64,000 bases of DNA, from positions 907,797-971,796 of the forward strand of contig RHPI01002823.1 of NCBI GenBank assembly GCA_009103225.1. Direction: 5' to 3'. Position numbers and translations under genes: made by a program. The stretch comes from Chlorokybus atmophyticus (taxonomy: Eukaryota; Plantae; Mesostigma and Chlorokybus algae). Below are positions 42,001 through 54,242 of this stretch, piece after piece (within the stretch, counting starts at the first letter, position 1; each line of letters begins with the position of its first letter). Below the pieces are notes generated by a model, which made no database searches, was not told the DNA's origin, and saw only the letters and a program-made list of their open reading frames with translations.

Positions 42001-43169
42001 GCGGCGGCATGAGCGGCATTGATTAACTGATGAACACAACACAACCCTCCATTGCGCAATGAGACATGTAGATGATGACAACGGACAACCTGCGTGGCAA
42101 CCGCTGCGTCAGCATTCATCAAGTGAGTACTACTGTAGTACATGCAATGCCTTGGTCATTGCGCTTGCCAGCCAATATGTCTTGGTCAAGTGGTGGCTAG
42201 GATTATCATTTCCACCATACCGGCTCGCATGACATGCGAGCTAGAGTGGACATTATGATTCGGTCAATACGTGCAACTGGTCAACTCGTGCGCGTGCTGG
42301 ATCATACCACCCACCCCCAGCTCAGACATTGGCCACTTAGCTGTACGAAACAGCACCAGTCAAGATGCGAACGAGACATTGCACAAGCATCAAGAGGATG
42401 TGAATAAGCTCAAGCAAGACTGGGGGAGGGGGGCAATTTAGGCATGATGTTGGCTGCGTCAAGAGCATGACGTCACGGCTGGTATCCTTTATTGCTGCTT
42501 AGAGTTACGGAAGAAGATGTTAGCGTTGCGGTGCGCAACCCCAAGTTGGCACTCGATAAGCGTTACTTGAGGAACTTCCTATTGAGATTTTATGTTCTGT
42601 TGACCTGCTACTTCGCAAGCTTATTATGCAATTAAACCCCACATGCCTATAATCTTTACTTTATTTGTCGGAAGGCATCTGCATCTTACAAAATATGATT
42701 TGGCGTTATACGTCGTAAGTTCGATCCATTACAGAGTGTGGCTGAAGATTTAAGAACCCTGTAAAGATTGATTCTTCGCAACAAGGCATATTAACATACA
42801 TACTAATTAGGTGGATTGTTTATAATGTTTGGGATTCTTGAGCTGATTTTTCATGGAGTGTAGTAATGCTGACAAGAGTGAGCAAGATCTGTTAAGTACA
42901 CGTCGGGTTTTGGGAAACTGTGGTCTGAAAGAGAATTGAGGTTTGGTCAATAACTGCTTACACCCCCTCTAACGGTATTCGGAGTGCCATTGCTATCTGA
43001 GGAAACCAAAGAAGGCGAACACTTCTTTACAAGCTTAGCTTTCAAGCAGCTTTGTTTGCCTAGTAAAGGGAGAGCAATCCCCAAACAAATGCCACATGCA
43101 AGATGGCCGGCCATCGCAACTCATAATAAAAACAGATCTATATGTAAATTATAAACAAGTTTACAATAA

Positions 43170-45855
43170 CTGCTCTACCACAAGTGCTGGCTTGCCACTT
43201 GTCCCCAGCCAGCACCGCACTTGTGGCGCGGTGTAACGCAACCCTAGGCTTGAGCACTTAGCGCTCACCTAGAAGGGTCATGCACTCTAAGTCGTGCAAG
43301 CACTCACACACAAGAGCAAGCACTCTCACACCGTACATACACTCACATAGAATTGTTAGCACCGTGCATACACTCACACATGCAAGTGTAAGCACGTCCG
43401 TCAAGTGTACACACACTTACACACATGCTACACAAGGACACACGTCCACACTTTGGCACCCCCTTCAACGGCCTCTCACGAACACCCCACGTGAAGTCCC
43501 ACACGAGCGAGCACGCCCAGGCAAGGTAGACCCAAGCCTCCAATGCCTTGCCTACTGAGCATGCTCACTTATATAACCCTAGCGCCTTATCTAGTCACTT
43601 AAGGGTAGTGGGTGTCTCCACCAATGGTACCTCGTTCGGACCTCAGTGTAATCTATAGCGGCCAACCATCTTGTGACAAGCACTATTGCACTTGCCCTTA
43701 TTAGGGTCACACCAATCACCTTGCAGGATATCTTACCCCAAGTACGAGCAACCAATGAGATTGTACTACAATCTTATGGTGTTGGCCACACAGTCTCGTG
43801 GCTACAGTTTGTAGATATCAGTCTGTGTGATATCTATATTGTAGTCTATATATAATCTATCTATCTATATATACTATCGGTGTATTTTCATGCGATATCC
43901 GCATTTGCCTCTTCTGGATCCTTTTAAGATAAGTGCATGTGTAATATCCACAGTTTTTTGTACAATGTGGACATTCGTTGCGAAGATATCCACGCCCTTG
44001 TGTGCGATATCTATGCTTGACTCTTCTGATATCCTTCCGACTTCAGTCTCTGTATATTAAGATCAAAGCTGTGATACCAACATTCATATGTAAGAGATCA
44101 ACATACTTGTCTTCATAGATGCCATTGTCTACAATATAGACACATCCACGTACAAGATGTCAACATCTATAACATGGACATAGGTGGCTAACTGTTCCAC
44201 ACCAATGTCTTCCTTATAGCAGCAAGCATACATGCTTGTTGATTGTCTATCTCACATATGTCCAAGCACTTGGAGCATAACTACTAGCCGCGTTACACAC
44301 GCATTGCCCGGCACCGGGGTTGCCGCGAGCACGGGCCAGCAACACACCTTTTGGCAAACCGCGACTGCTTCTTCCCGCACATGCTTGCAACGCACTTGTG
44401 AGCAAGCTGCGATTGCCCGCACTTGCATGCGCGCTTCCAAGGTTTATAAGGATGCGCACGCGTGTTGTTGTTCAAGACCACGTTACTTGCATAATGCATG
44501 TTGTACAGGTGAGGGTGCGGGTGCTGTGAGCCACTGCTCCGCCTCTTGTCTCCGCTTCTCCATCTTTTGCCGCATCCTCTCCTCCTGCAACCGCTGCTCC
44601 CGCAGCACCCGCAGACCCTCACATGGATCCTCCCGCAACATGATGACGCTCCCGACACACTCTGCTCTTCTTTATGCGCCCCCGCAGCTGCTCCTCTTGC
44701 AAGCGCTGCTCTTGTCGCCTCCTCTGAACAAGCGCATTTATACTGATAAAACTTGATACATTAACACACTGTTGTATTTATAAACCAACACCTCACAATG
44801 GTAACGTAAGAGCACTGCACGTTGTTGTGATCCACGCGGCGGCATGAATGCAGAAATGAAAGTAGTATTTGTGGAAAGGTTTTCAGCCAACAATAAATAG
44901 GACTTGCGGTCATAAGACACCAACATGCAACGCTTTCCGCTGACACAATAAAACACGGTGGAATTGCAACTAGTTGCATGGGAGGATTATGTTGAGTTGT
45001 TGCAGTGGCATCGATTGAAGTAAGTGCAAACATGCCTCTCCACTTATACACAGACACATACATGCACACACACACGCATGCGCCACACTTGTACATAAGA
45101 ATGACGCACACAATAATGGCTTGGTGCTTGGTGACCTGATCAATCCAAATAGCTTACACCCTTGCCCGTCGAAAGCAAAACTTCAACAGCAAATTGCTCT
45201 AGGTACGCACAGATCCAAGTAAGGCACAGCATCTAACATATAAACTCTCGCATGCATATACACACACCTGCATCTACTCCTACAATACGTTGGGGCAGCA
45301 TCTGCGCCCACCGCAGTGCCGTCCCCGCTTATCCCGCCTCCGCCGCGCTTGACCGCAGCTCCTCACCTGCTCATGTGTTGCATGACCGCATCAGCGCCGA
45401 CCTTCAGTTAACAACGATGACGGCCATGATGAACAAATGGTGATTGACTGTGCTACTTAAGACAATATGAACAATGTAGTCACATGCATGTTGATAGCAT
45501 TGGCGTGTACGTTTGTGCTGATGCTTGTATAATAGGGGTGCGTGCATGTTTGTAGGACTAAAAAGTTTGGTTACCTCAGTAGCCAATACAAAAACCACTG
45601 ACCATTGGTCTTCACTCCTACACAGCTACAACTGTCAAATATTGCAACATAACACAATTGGCTGCTTTGCTCACCTATAGGCACGTGGGCGGCAATCGCT
45701 CTGAGCAGCTCCGAGGGCAGCATTGGCACGTCAACACTGGGGACGTCGCCATTAGCGTCGACGATGACGCTGCCCTCACCACCACCACCAACGCCGCCAT
45801 CAGCGACCTTGACGCGGCGGCGGCGCTTGTCCCCCGGCAGCCTTACCCAGGGCAT
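43170..45855 (-). pseudogene. Orphan F-box-like gene, copy C; middle exons missing and last exon interrupted by a 1.07-kb insertion
   Basis: MPWVRLPGDK...DVPMLPSELLRAIAAHVPIG. Exon 2 has a stop in the frame used by copy A. Coiled-coil exon and CKCGQSQLAHKCVASMCGK are present. Confidence 0.7.
43232..44297. mobile_element. 1066-bp insertion bounded by inverted termini TGTAACGC...GCGTTACA (LTR-derived or MITE-like)
   Basis: Interrupts the copy C last exon relative to copies A and B. TATA-like TTATATAA near 43568, PBS-like TGGTACC at 43625 (+) and TGGTATCACAGC at 44068-44079 (-). No clean TSD. Confidence 0.55.
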
Positions 45856-46250
45856 TGAGCATATTGGCCACAAGCATCTTCTTGCCATGAGCTTCAATCT
45901 TGCCCACACCAACCCGAACACTTTTTAATGCAACGCAACGACAGCATTTGTTGGCTGGCGCGAAGCCCGTTGTCTGTCGTTGCAATGACTGGCTTTGGCG
46001 TGATTTTTCGAATTTTCGAATGCAGCGTCAGTTTAAGCAGCGTTTGTTGCCTTTTGCGGGTGTTTTTACCGGATTAGGGTCTCGAGAATTTCTCGGTTTT
46101 AGGGCAGTTCCAAACTTTCGGGGCCTTGTTGTTGCTGTGAGCGTCTTTCTTGTCGTCGACGGCGGTAGGGTTGTCGTCGGTGGCGCTGCCTTTGCTCGTA
46201 CGGCGCGTGTGGGTAGGTGAGCTTGTTTGAGTCTGTTTGGAAAGGACGGG

Positions 46251-49200
46251 ATGAAGCGGGATCGTAAGGAGCAGGCTCGGGCCGCAGTAATAGTAGGAGG
46301 AGCAGGAGGTGGAATTGCCGCAGCTGCTGCAGTAGCTGGAGTAGCTGGAGTAGCTGCAGGCGCCTCCGCCATCGCTCCTCCAGCTGAAAAGCGGGCTCGT
46401 AGCGCTCGGAGCAAGGCGAAGGCTGAAACTTTGGTAAGTCAGTTGCTTCGTGAACAGTCGACTGATGGCTGGTGACGAGTGCCTTGAGCAGCAGCAGCTA
46501 GTAGTAGAAGCAGTCCTGCTGAGCTCTTGAACTTCACTTCGAGAGTCAGGGGTTAGGCTTGGGTGCTTAATAGCTGAAAAGGCGCTGCGCTGGGTTTTCA
46601 AGCATTCCAAGTTTAGTCTAGTTTGAAGCTGAGCACAGATCACCGTAATCTACTTCAATATTGACTTTGAGCATAATGCTAACAAGCGTTGTTCGTGCAG
46701 TCGCGAAGAGAAGCGCCAGTCAAGGCGGCGCTCAAGCGTCTCCTGCAAACCGAGGCGCCTACGCTTTCTCATGTAAGTGCACGCATTGCATGCTTACTCT
46801 CTCACCGAAGCTGCTTGTGTTGCTACCTAGAGCGTAGGTGTGTGAAGCGAAATTCGCTGACTGACTTCTCAACGCAGACGCTTAAAGTGCTATTTCCAAG
46901 CGGGTCAGCGCATGCTGTGGTTGGCAATGGAGATTTGCCACTGCCTGAGCGGTAAGTATGTCTAAGTACGTTGTTCAACAGTGGTTTGTTGTGTATATCT
47001 TACGGTTGCTGCATGAAGTTGAGTGCACTGCACTCTCTGGCTGACCTGCATGCTGGAAGGACGTCTAGTTTGCAGAGCAGACTTGTGAAGCAGTTGCTTT
47101 GTCAACAAGCTTGCGGCTGAGGCATGTGTGTGCATTTTGCAGCCTTGTAAGGCTTGGCGAGCAATTGTGCCTTGTCGGCACACAGTTAGCTAGAGAGCGG
47201 GACTCTCAGCACAACTCATCAACATGGCCGCTAACTCGAGACCTCAGCATACAGGTACAACACATACCTTCACAATGGCTGCGTTTAGCTAATGGTTGAT
47301 GTTTGCTCATGCGCCATACCGTTCTTGCTGCACTTGTTATGGCAATGCTCAACCCTTGTGTCATGCAGATCTTCTCCCTGCTGGGTGTAAGCAGCCTGGC
47401 GCGTGCTGCTGCCACTTGCAGCCTGTTTAGGAACATTGCTATTGACGGAATGTGCCACTCCCACTTGGACCTGACCTTGTGCTGGGGCAAGATAGACAAC
47501 ACCATTCTCAACAGGCTGTTACAGCGTGCCGGCCCACACTTGAGGTGCAATGTGTTCGCGTACGCTATCCTGTAGTCGTATTGGTTCCTCCTGCTGTGGC
47601 TTGGCAGTGGGTTGTGCAGGACCTCTTGCTTATCAGTAACATCATTGCATAGGTGTTTGATGCTGGGCCAGCTGCCAGACAAAGTCCACAACACACAGGA
47701 TGCTCACAACGTGGTCTGCGACTGTCCAATGGCATATGCTGCACCGTCACCCCCGCCCAAGAAGGTGCCACGCTTGTTGCTGTACTCCTCTCCTCAATGT
47801 AGGACGCCCTCGACTTCTGCCGGTCCAACCCCTCAAAGAGTGGAGGAACGCACTGATGAGAGCAGTTTTAAGCCAGCTCCAGCGTTTGTTGACAAGGCAC
47901 TACCCATCTCCCGCTTGCTACGAAACGAGCCTGGTCAGTTCAAGCTGGATGCAGTCACGTTATCATAGAGCCAGATTGTGGTATAGATATGAGAAGTTTT
48001 CTTTGTAGGTGGCCCGTTGCTAACCAAGTCGTGTCTCGACTCGCTGGAAAGGTTTGGAGCCAGTCGCTCACTCCGCAACTTGTGTCTTTACAATTTGCCC
48101 ATTGACTCTTTGGATGTCCGTGCAATCTGCTCTGCTGTGGCAAGCTGCCGCAATCTGGAGCGTCTTGAAGTGGTTGCACTGTAAGCCACTGCCCGTAAAC
48201 TTCTTTCATGCTAGGTTTGTGTTTCTTGCAGCTGACTGTTGTGCTTCTCTTGCAGGTACGTGTACCTGACTGACATCGTGGAGTGCGTCGCACAGCACTG
48301 TCCAAAACTCATCAGCTTGCAGCTCCAACTGCCAAAAGGTTCCTCCCTCTCACACCCTTGGAACCTTCCAGGTGCGAGCGTCTTTTTACTGCTTTGTGTA
48401 TGTCACAGCGCACGTGACAAGCGCATTGACTTGGCATCTGTTGTGCAGGGCGATTGGACAGCTTGAAGGTGTCCATCTGTCATCAGCTCACACGGGGTTG
48501 CCCAAAGCTGAAGCAGCTGTCCTTGCGAAACCTCATTCTGCAAGACCGCAAGGTAACAAACCAACACCTACGCTCTACTTTGTGTGTTAGCAGTCTGCAG
48601 GTTGCTGGCCTGTACGTGTGTGATGCCTTTGTCGTCTGCACGTTTCTAGGTTGAGGTGTTCATGAAGGAGCTGTCACTCGAACGACTCGACCTGTCCGGT
48701 GCAGACTACTTGACAGGAAGCTTCCTGAGGGCCCTTTCGTGTTCTAAGTCCTCAGGCTTGAAGTCCATTGTTTTGCGGGACTGTCTTCGGCTCAAGGAGA
48801 CTGAGGTGAGACATAGTCATGGTTGTGTTCGCTTGTTGTGCAGCATGCCTTGCAGCAGTTGGTTGACAATTGCTGGTGCACAGGTGCAAAAGTTTTGCGA
48901 AGAGCTTGTGCTCGGCGCCTGCCCTTCCCTTGTACATTTGGATGTTTCCAACCGCGAGGGGCTTGCTGCATCAGAGTGGTTTGAGCGGCGCCGCAGCTTG
49001 GGCCCCGGTGAGTCTGGGTTTGTAGGTGTTAAACATTGCTTGCATGCACAGACAAAGCTTCTCACACGCACACGCAGCCTAGAACGCCCATGTTGCCACT
49101 GCGTCATCGGATTGCAATACCATCATTGTGTGACATGTTGGGCTGATGCCATGCATTATGTAGGTTTGGAGCAAGCGGTTGGGAGTCTGGCGGGATCCCG

Positions 49201-49543
49201 TCCGCAGCTGTGCATATCTGCGGACTTCCCCGACCATACTGATTCGGAGAGCGCAGAAGACAGTGATCGCAGCGATGCCTTTTTTACCAGCGATGACGAG
49301 GGCAGCGACGATGATCCGGATGGCCTAAGCGATGATGACATGCTGTTCAGTGATGAGGACGACGAGGATGACGAGGATGACCATCATGACGACGGTCTGT
49401 TCAGTGACGGGGAAGATCCCAACCTTTTCCTCAGCGATGAGAGCCTCTCAATGGACAGTTCGGGATACTCGGAATCTAGTCACGACACCGAGTCCACTGA
49501 AGACACAGAACACAGCGCTGAAAGCGGCCCTGGCGCCGTTTAG
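46251..49543 (+). CDS. F-box/LRR protein, SKIP17-like, with acidic C-terminal tail
   Basis: Spliced F-box STWPLTRDLSIQ|IFSLLGVSSLARAAATCSLFRNIA, then CHSHLDLT...LLQRAGPHLR, PLLTKSCLDSL, LRR-like LERLDLSGADYLT and RPQLCISADFP, ending in a D/E-rich tail. Confidence 0.8.
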
Positions 49544-50618
49544 ACCACCGTAACTGGGTAGTGAGTACCATGCATGTAGCAAGCTTTCCTCTGCACAGTG
49601 TGTACAGCAGGAAGGTTTCATGCTAGACGGCATGGCTGTGTTGGGGCAGCTGCTTGCAACCACCAGTCTGGCATTGGCGTGGGACACAAGCGGGTTTGGT
49701 TTTGGTTTGAAGCAACCAACACTCGAGCCTGCTGAGCTGCAGTTGTCATTGTCTGCAAGTCATTTTACAGCAGCAATTTCACAGGTATGGTATATCTGTC
49801 ACCATGAACAGACCATGCCACTTGCCGTTAGATAATTCACACGTAGTGACCACTGCAAACATAGCACTGTCGCTTATTGTCGTTGGCGGCAGTGGTCATC
49901 GTCGGTGTCAGTGGTTGTATGGAACTTGCAGTGTCCGGGTACTGGCTGTACCCCAGTTCTCTTGGGCTGCTTATGGGGATACGGAGTGAACTAGGTTTTG
50001 TGCCATCTTGTTAAAACCGCCCTGCGCCTCGCCTTCAGCCCTGCTATGCTGCTACTCGCATGCTTATGTGTACGGGGTGCTATCAGACATGCCCAAGGCG
50101 TGTTTACATGCACACTCTGTTGCTGGGCAGAGGCCATCTACAGTCATCATCACATCTTCAAGCAATCACCGCCAGGCTGTATGCTCTGTCAGCTGAATCT
50201 ATCTACCCCCCATGCAGAGCCCCTTGGCAGCATGGACTCACTGCCGTACCTGCGACAGCATTATGATGCCCACTCGCATAACAGCCGTTAGCCGGCAGAA
50301 CATGACCGTGTATGCATCAGCAGCATGCATTGAACATCATGACCGTCGTGCTGCGTGTACGTGTATGTGTGCCTTGTTGCTGGTGGTGTTCAGTTGTGTG
50401 ACATATCTGTCATCATGCGTGCACACATGTTGTGACAATCATTCATGCGTACAAACGTCAGCGTGCCTTGTACAAGCGAGGAGCCTTTGCATGCTCTTGC
50501 GCTAAGGAGGACGTGTTGAGTTAAGAACCGATTCCGGACATCACTGCGCACTGCTGTCATGTTATGTTAACTATATACACTTGCAGTGTTAAAAGCCGCG
50601 CAGCCGAGAATATGAGCT

Positions 50619-53506
50619 TCAAGTGTACACGGGGACCTCCAACAGCTCAGCCGGAACGTCCGTGTCCGTGTTCTTGACGCGACACAATTCCCACGCCTTG
50701 ATGCCGCACAAGTCCAGAGCAGCATCCAACCTATCCTTGTGCTCTGCTCCCGGCCAGAGCCCGTCTGGTGTCAACAGCACTGCAGAACAAACAACTGTTA
50801 GTCAAGCCTGCAAGAAGCCTTTTCTGACCCAAAGGTGCAATTTGCAGTAGCATACTTGCAGGCAATACACAACTACAAGCTTATGTCCGAGAAACATTCC
50901 GCGCAGCAAGATGAACTTGCATGCTTTCATGTACTACACATGAGCGTAAACACGCATGTGCTCGACGCCTGTACCAAAATGCATCCAACTGTGTCCATGT
51001 CTGTGAGCAAAATGCACGAGACCATCACAGTGCAAAGAGAAGAGTCTACTAATCCTTACCTGCGCCCGTGTATGCCAGCCCGGCCGCCTTCGCAGCCCCG
51101 CTATAAAAGCACAGACTCCAGCTGAGGTCATCCGGCGCGTCGACGATTCGCCAGAACTCGCGCGACGTCACGCCGTTGTCCAGAACAGTGAAGAAGAATG
51201 TGCCGGGCTTGTCGCCTCGCTTCACCCGGTAGTGCCGCCGGCGCCAGACTTTCCTGCCATCGAGAGTCTCCACCTGCATGCGCAAGCACTCTTGGTATCA
51301 TATGTGCGTGTACACAAGTGCACACACACACGCACACGCACATATGCACGCACGTACGCACATGCACACCCAAGGATGTGCGCACGCGCACCCACACACA
51401 TGCACATGCACATACAACGCTGCGCATACATGCACATGCAGAGACACGCACGCGCACACACACGTGCACCCATGCACATGCACATGCACACAAACACAAA
51501 TAACCAAGCAAATACACATACACACACACGGACAGAGTGGGTTTTCGTTCACCTGAAAGACGGGGTCATACCAGAAGGCCGTTGTGGACTTGCCATAATA
51601 GTACAGCTGGTACTGGTTGTTGAAGTGGTCGTAAGCAGCGTTCTGCCCCGCCACAGCTCTCCAACTCCACTGCTTGCCGCTATTGCGCCATCCAACAAAT
51701 ATCTCCTCGGCCAACGTATGCGTGAGCTCTTTACCACGCCAAACCTGCACAAAACAACAATCGGTTCCTCCCTGACAGCCAAACTCAACCAGTTAAAAAG
51801 CCTTCTTTACGAATCACACACACGAACGTGTGCGCGCGCGCGCGCACCCACACACGTACACATACACGCGCACACGCACACGCACACGCACACACGCATG
51901 CAAATACCAAGGCAAAACAGCTCTTCATGTACCTTCATGGGTTGAGGGTCAGGCCTTGGTGGTATATCTGCATCCAGCCTCAGGCAGTTGTGTTTCTGAA
52001 GTATACACAGCGAGAACTGCGCAAATGCTTCGCTCTCATGCGAGACAATACATCTATAGCTGCAAACTTGGTCGTTTGGCGCGCACGCATTGAGACAATC
52101 CAACCCCTGTCTGCAATTAGGATCCAACATGCAAGCCAGTATCTGAGAGCCGCAATTTGTGATCATGCATTGAAGCATGCTCAAATCCGTCGCGCGCATG
52201 TTCTGGACTTGCTTCACTTCCGTCACGTACGCGTTGATCATCACCAACACAATGAAGACTAAGTCATCGAATGTACATCGACGCCAAGCTTCCGATATCG
52301 CCCGTGAGAGGAGTTTAGACTTAGCTAAATCGCCGTTCCAAGGCAGCTTTTCTGATATGGCCGAGAGCGGTGAGTCAAAGTTCGACACAACATTGCCACC
52401 CAAACGAGTCTTTGCTTCCAACTCTGGAGTGCAGCCGAGAAAGACGGCTGTGGTTGAGGCTGATGAAAGGGATGATATTGCTGAAGTGGCATCGATGTCG
52501 CGCATGCCAACAGCGAGAAAGAGCTGCTCTGACTTGTTGACAACGTTGTTGGTCTGATCAACAATCTGTGTTGAGTCCAATACTTCAAGGTGAAAAGCCG
52601 GGTTGATGTTGCGCAGCCGTGAAGCCATGTGGTGGAAGACTTCAAGCCAGCTTACGCCAAACACGCTTTGCTCGTGCGAAGCAACTGCTACAATCTTCAC
52701 TTCGGATGTCATCTGGCGATCTGTTACAAGATCTTCCTCTTGTGCATTGATTGAACTTCGCTCAAGCGTCTGCATGTTGGATACTGAATGGGATGAATAC
52801 AGTCGCAAAGATAGATATTACCCCATTACATTGTTGCTTTACAAACTATTACAAACTATTACAAAATCAACAACAGCTGCTTGACTTGCCTGTGGCTGCG
52901 CTGAGTGGCTGAATGAGTCGGCTGTGCTGGCGCTTGATGATGTCGCCTCAGAGACAACCTGTCGACTGCTGTGAGACCTGCCATGCAGATGCATGCACAT
53001 GAGTGTTTGTGTCCTCACATCCTCTACTGCCATGCAAGTGATCAAGTTCTTGCCAACATGCATAGCTGGGGCTGTAAGCATCACACGTGAAGCTCACTCG
53101 CAAAGGCACATACATGCAAAGAGATAAGTTCTAGAAGCACTTGGCGCATGCATCGAGCTTACGCATCAATCGATTCGTGTTGAGTCTTATACATGCATGC
53201 AGTCACTCAGTTCTGATATCGGACGTGTCACTTTACAGCAGCAGAAAAAGTTCACATGCATGCACACAGCCATGACTGACTTCAAAGCATTGATCAATTT
53301 GAAGCTCACCTGCGAGGCATCCATGTGCAACGCAGCGCATGATGTTGGCAGTGCGTCCGCCACTTCTTCTGCGCAGGTGACGACAGCTGTAACTTCTCGC
53401 CTACACTATTCAAGCATGCAACGCTTCCACTGCCACAGACAGCTGTCGCTGCAACCCAGTTGCTGTTCAGCACACTGCCAGCATGCAGCAGGCAAAGAGC
53501 AGACAT
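50619..53506 (-). CDS. VDR: Violaxanthin de-epoxidase-related protein (VDR), plastid-targeted, multi-exon
   Basis: Cys-rich CMLDPNCRQGLDCLNACAPNDQVCSYRCIVSHESEAFAQFSLCILQKHNCL, YYYGKSTTAFWYDPVFQ, KVWRRRHYRVKRG...FFTVLDNGVTSREFWRIVD, SGAAKAAGLAYTGA and LDLCGIKAWEL. The 5' exons (start 53506) are less certain. Confidence 0.88.
51300..51530. repeat. Intronic low-complexity (CA/GCAC/CATG) tract; similar tracts at ~51820-51900, 55860-56000, 57570-57900 and 59740-59950
   Basis: Visible degenerate dinucleotide-like repeats inside introns. Confidence 0.8.
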
Positions 53507-54242
53507 GGCTGCAGAGCTTGGTGGCTAGTGTCTTAGATCGCTTGCAGCATTAGTACTAGCACCACCATCCCTTCAACTATGCAGCTACCGTCACCGCCGT
53601 CAACAACGACAGCGACATCGCCGCTAACACTGCTTTGAGCGTTTTCTGACACCAATTTTGCGCTTTTCGCAATGCAGTGAGCAAAATGCACATATCCGCA
53701 TCGGACGGCTGAAAGGGGTGCGCAAGCTAATCGGACGGTTGTCGATGCCTCCCAGCCGGCTACGTGTGCATGTGGGCAACGTTGTCGCTGTGCTTGTTGT
53801 CGCTGTGGTCGACGACGGCGGTGTTGGCTATAGAAACTGTTGCCGACCTTATTGTTTACTGAGACGAGGTCAGCGGTGGCGCTGGGTGGTAAATTGCCTG
53901 CCACACGAGGTAGGCTTGCTCCGCTTAATTGGAGCTGCTGCTTGCGGCCCAGTTGAACACCGCAACACATTCTTCGATCAGAGCTCTGCTTCGTGTTGCT
54001 GCTTTGTTAGTGGAATGCGGTTAATGCAACGTTGATGTGTAGTGCTTCCACTGCGTTGGTAACCTTTTGTACAACACCATTCGCACCTGAGAGCCTTGCT
54101 TCAGCTCAGTTGCGATCAGCTCTGCAAGCCCCTGCACACAATTAACACCACACACAGACAACACGAGATTTACCACAATCAAGCCATGTTTCAACTGTGT
54201 GCGACAGCCTTCGTTTGTGCTTTGCAGGCACAGGCACGCACA

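Noticed and set aside
49620-50300. Short plus-strand ORFs between the F-box and VDR genes
   Set aside because: No recognisable motifs; more likely 3' UTR or intergenic sequence of convergent genes.
51128-51945. His/Thr/Cys-rich ORFs in the ORF track (also around 57400-58200 and 59000-60000)
   Set aside because: Translations of intronic CA/TG low-complexity tracts.
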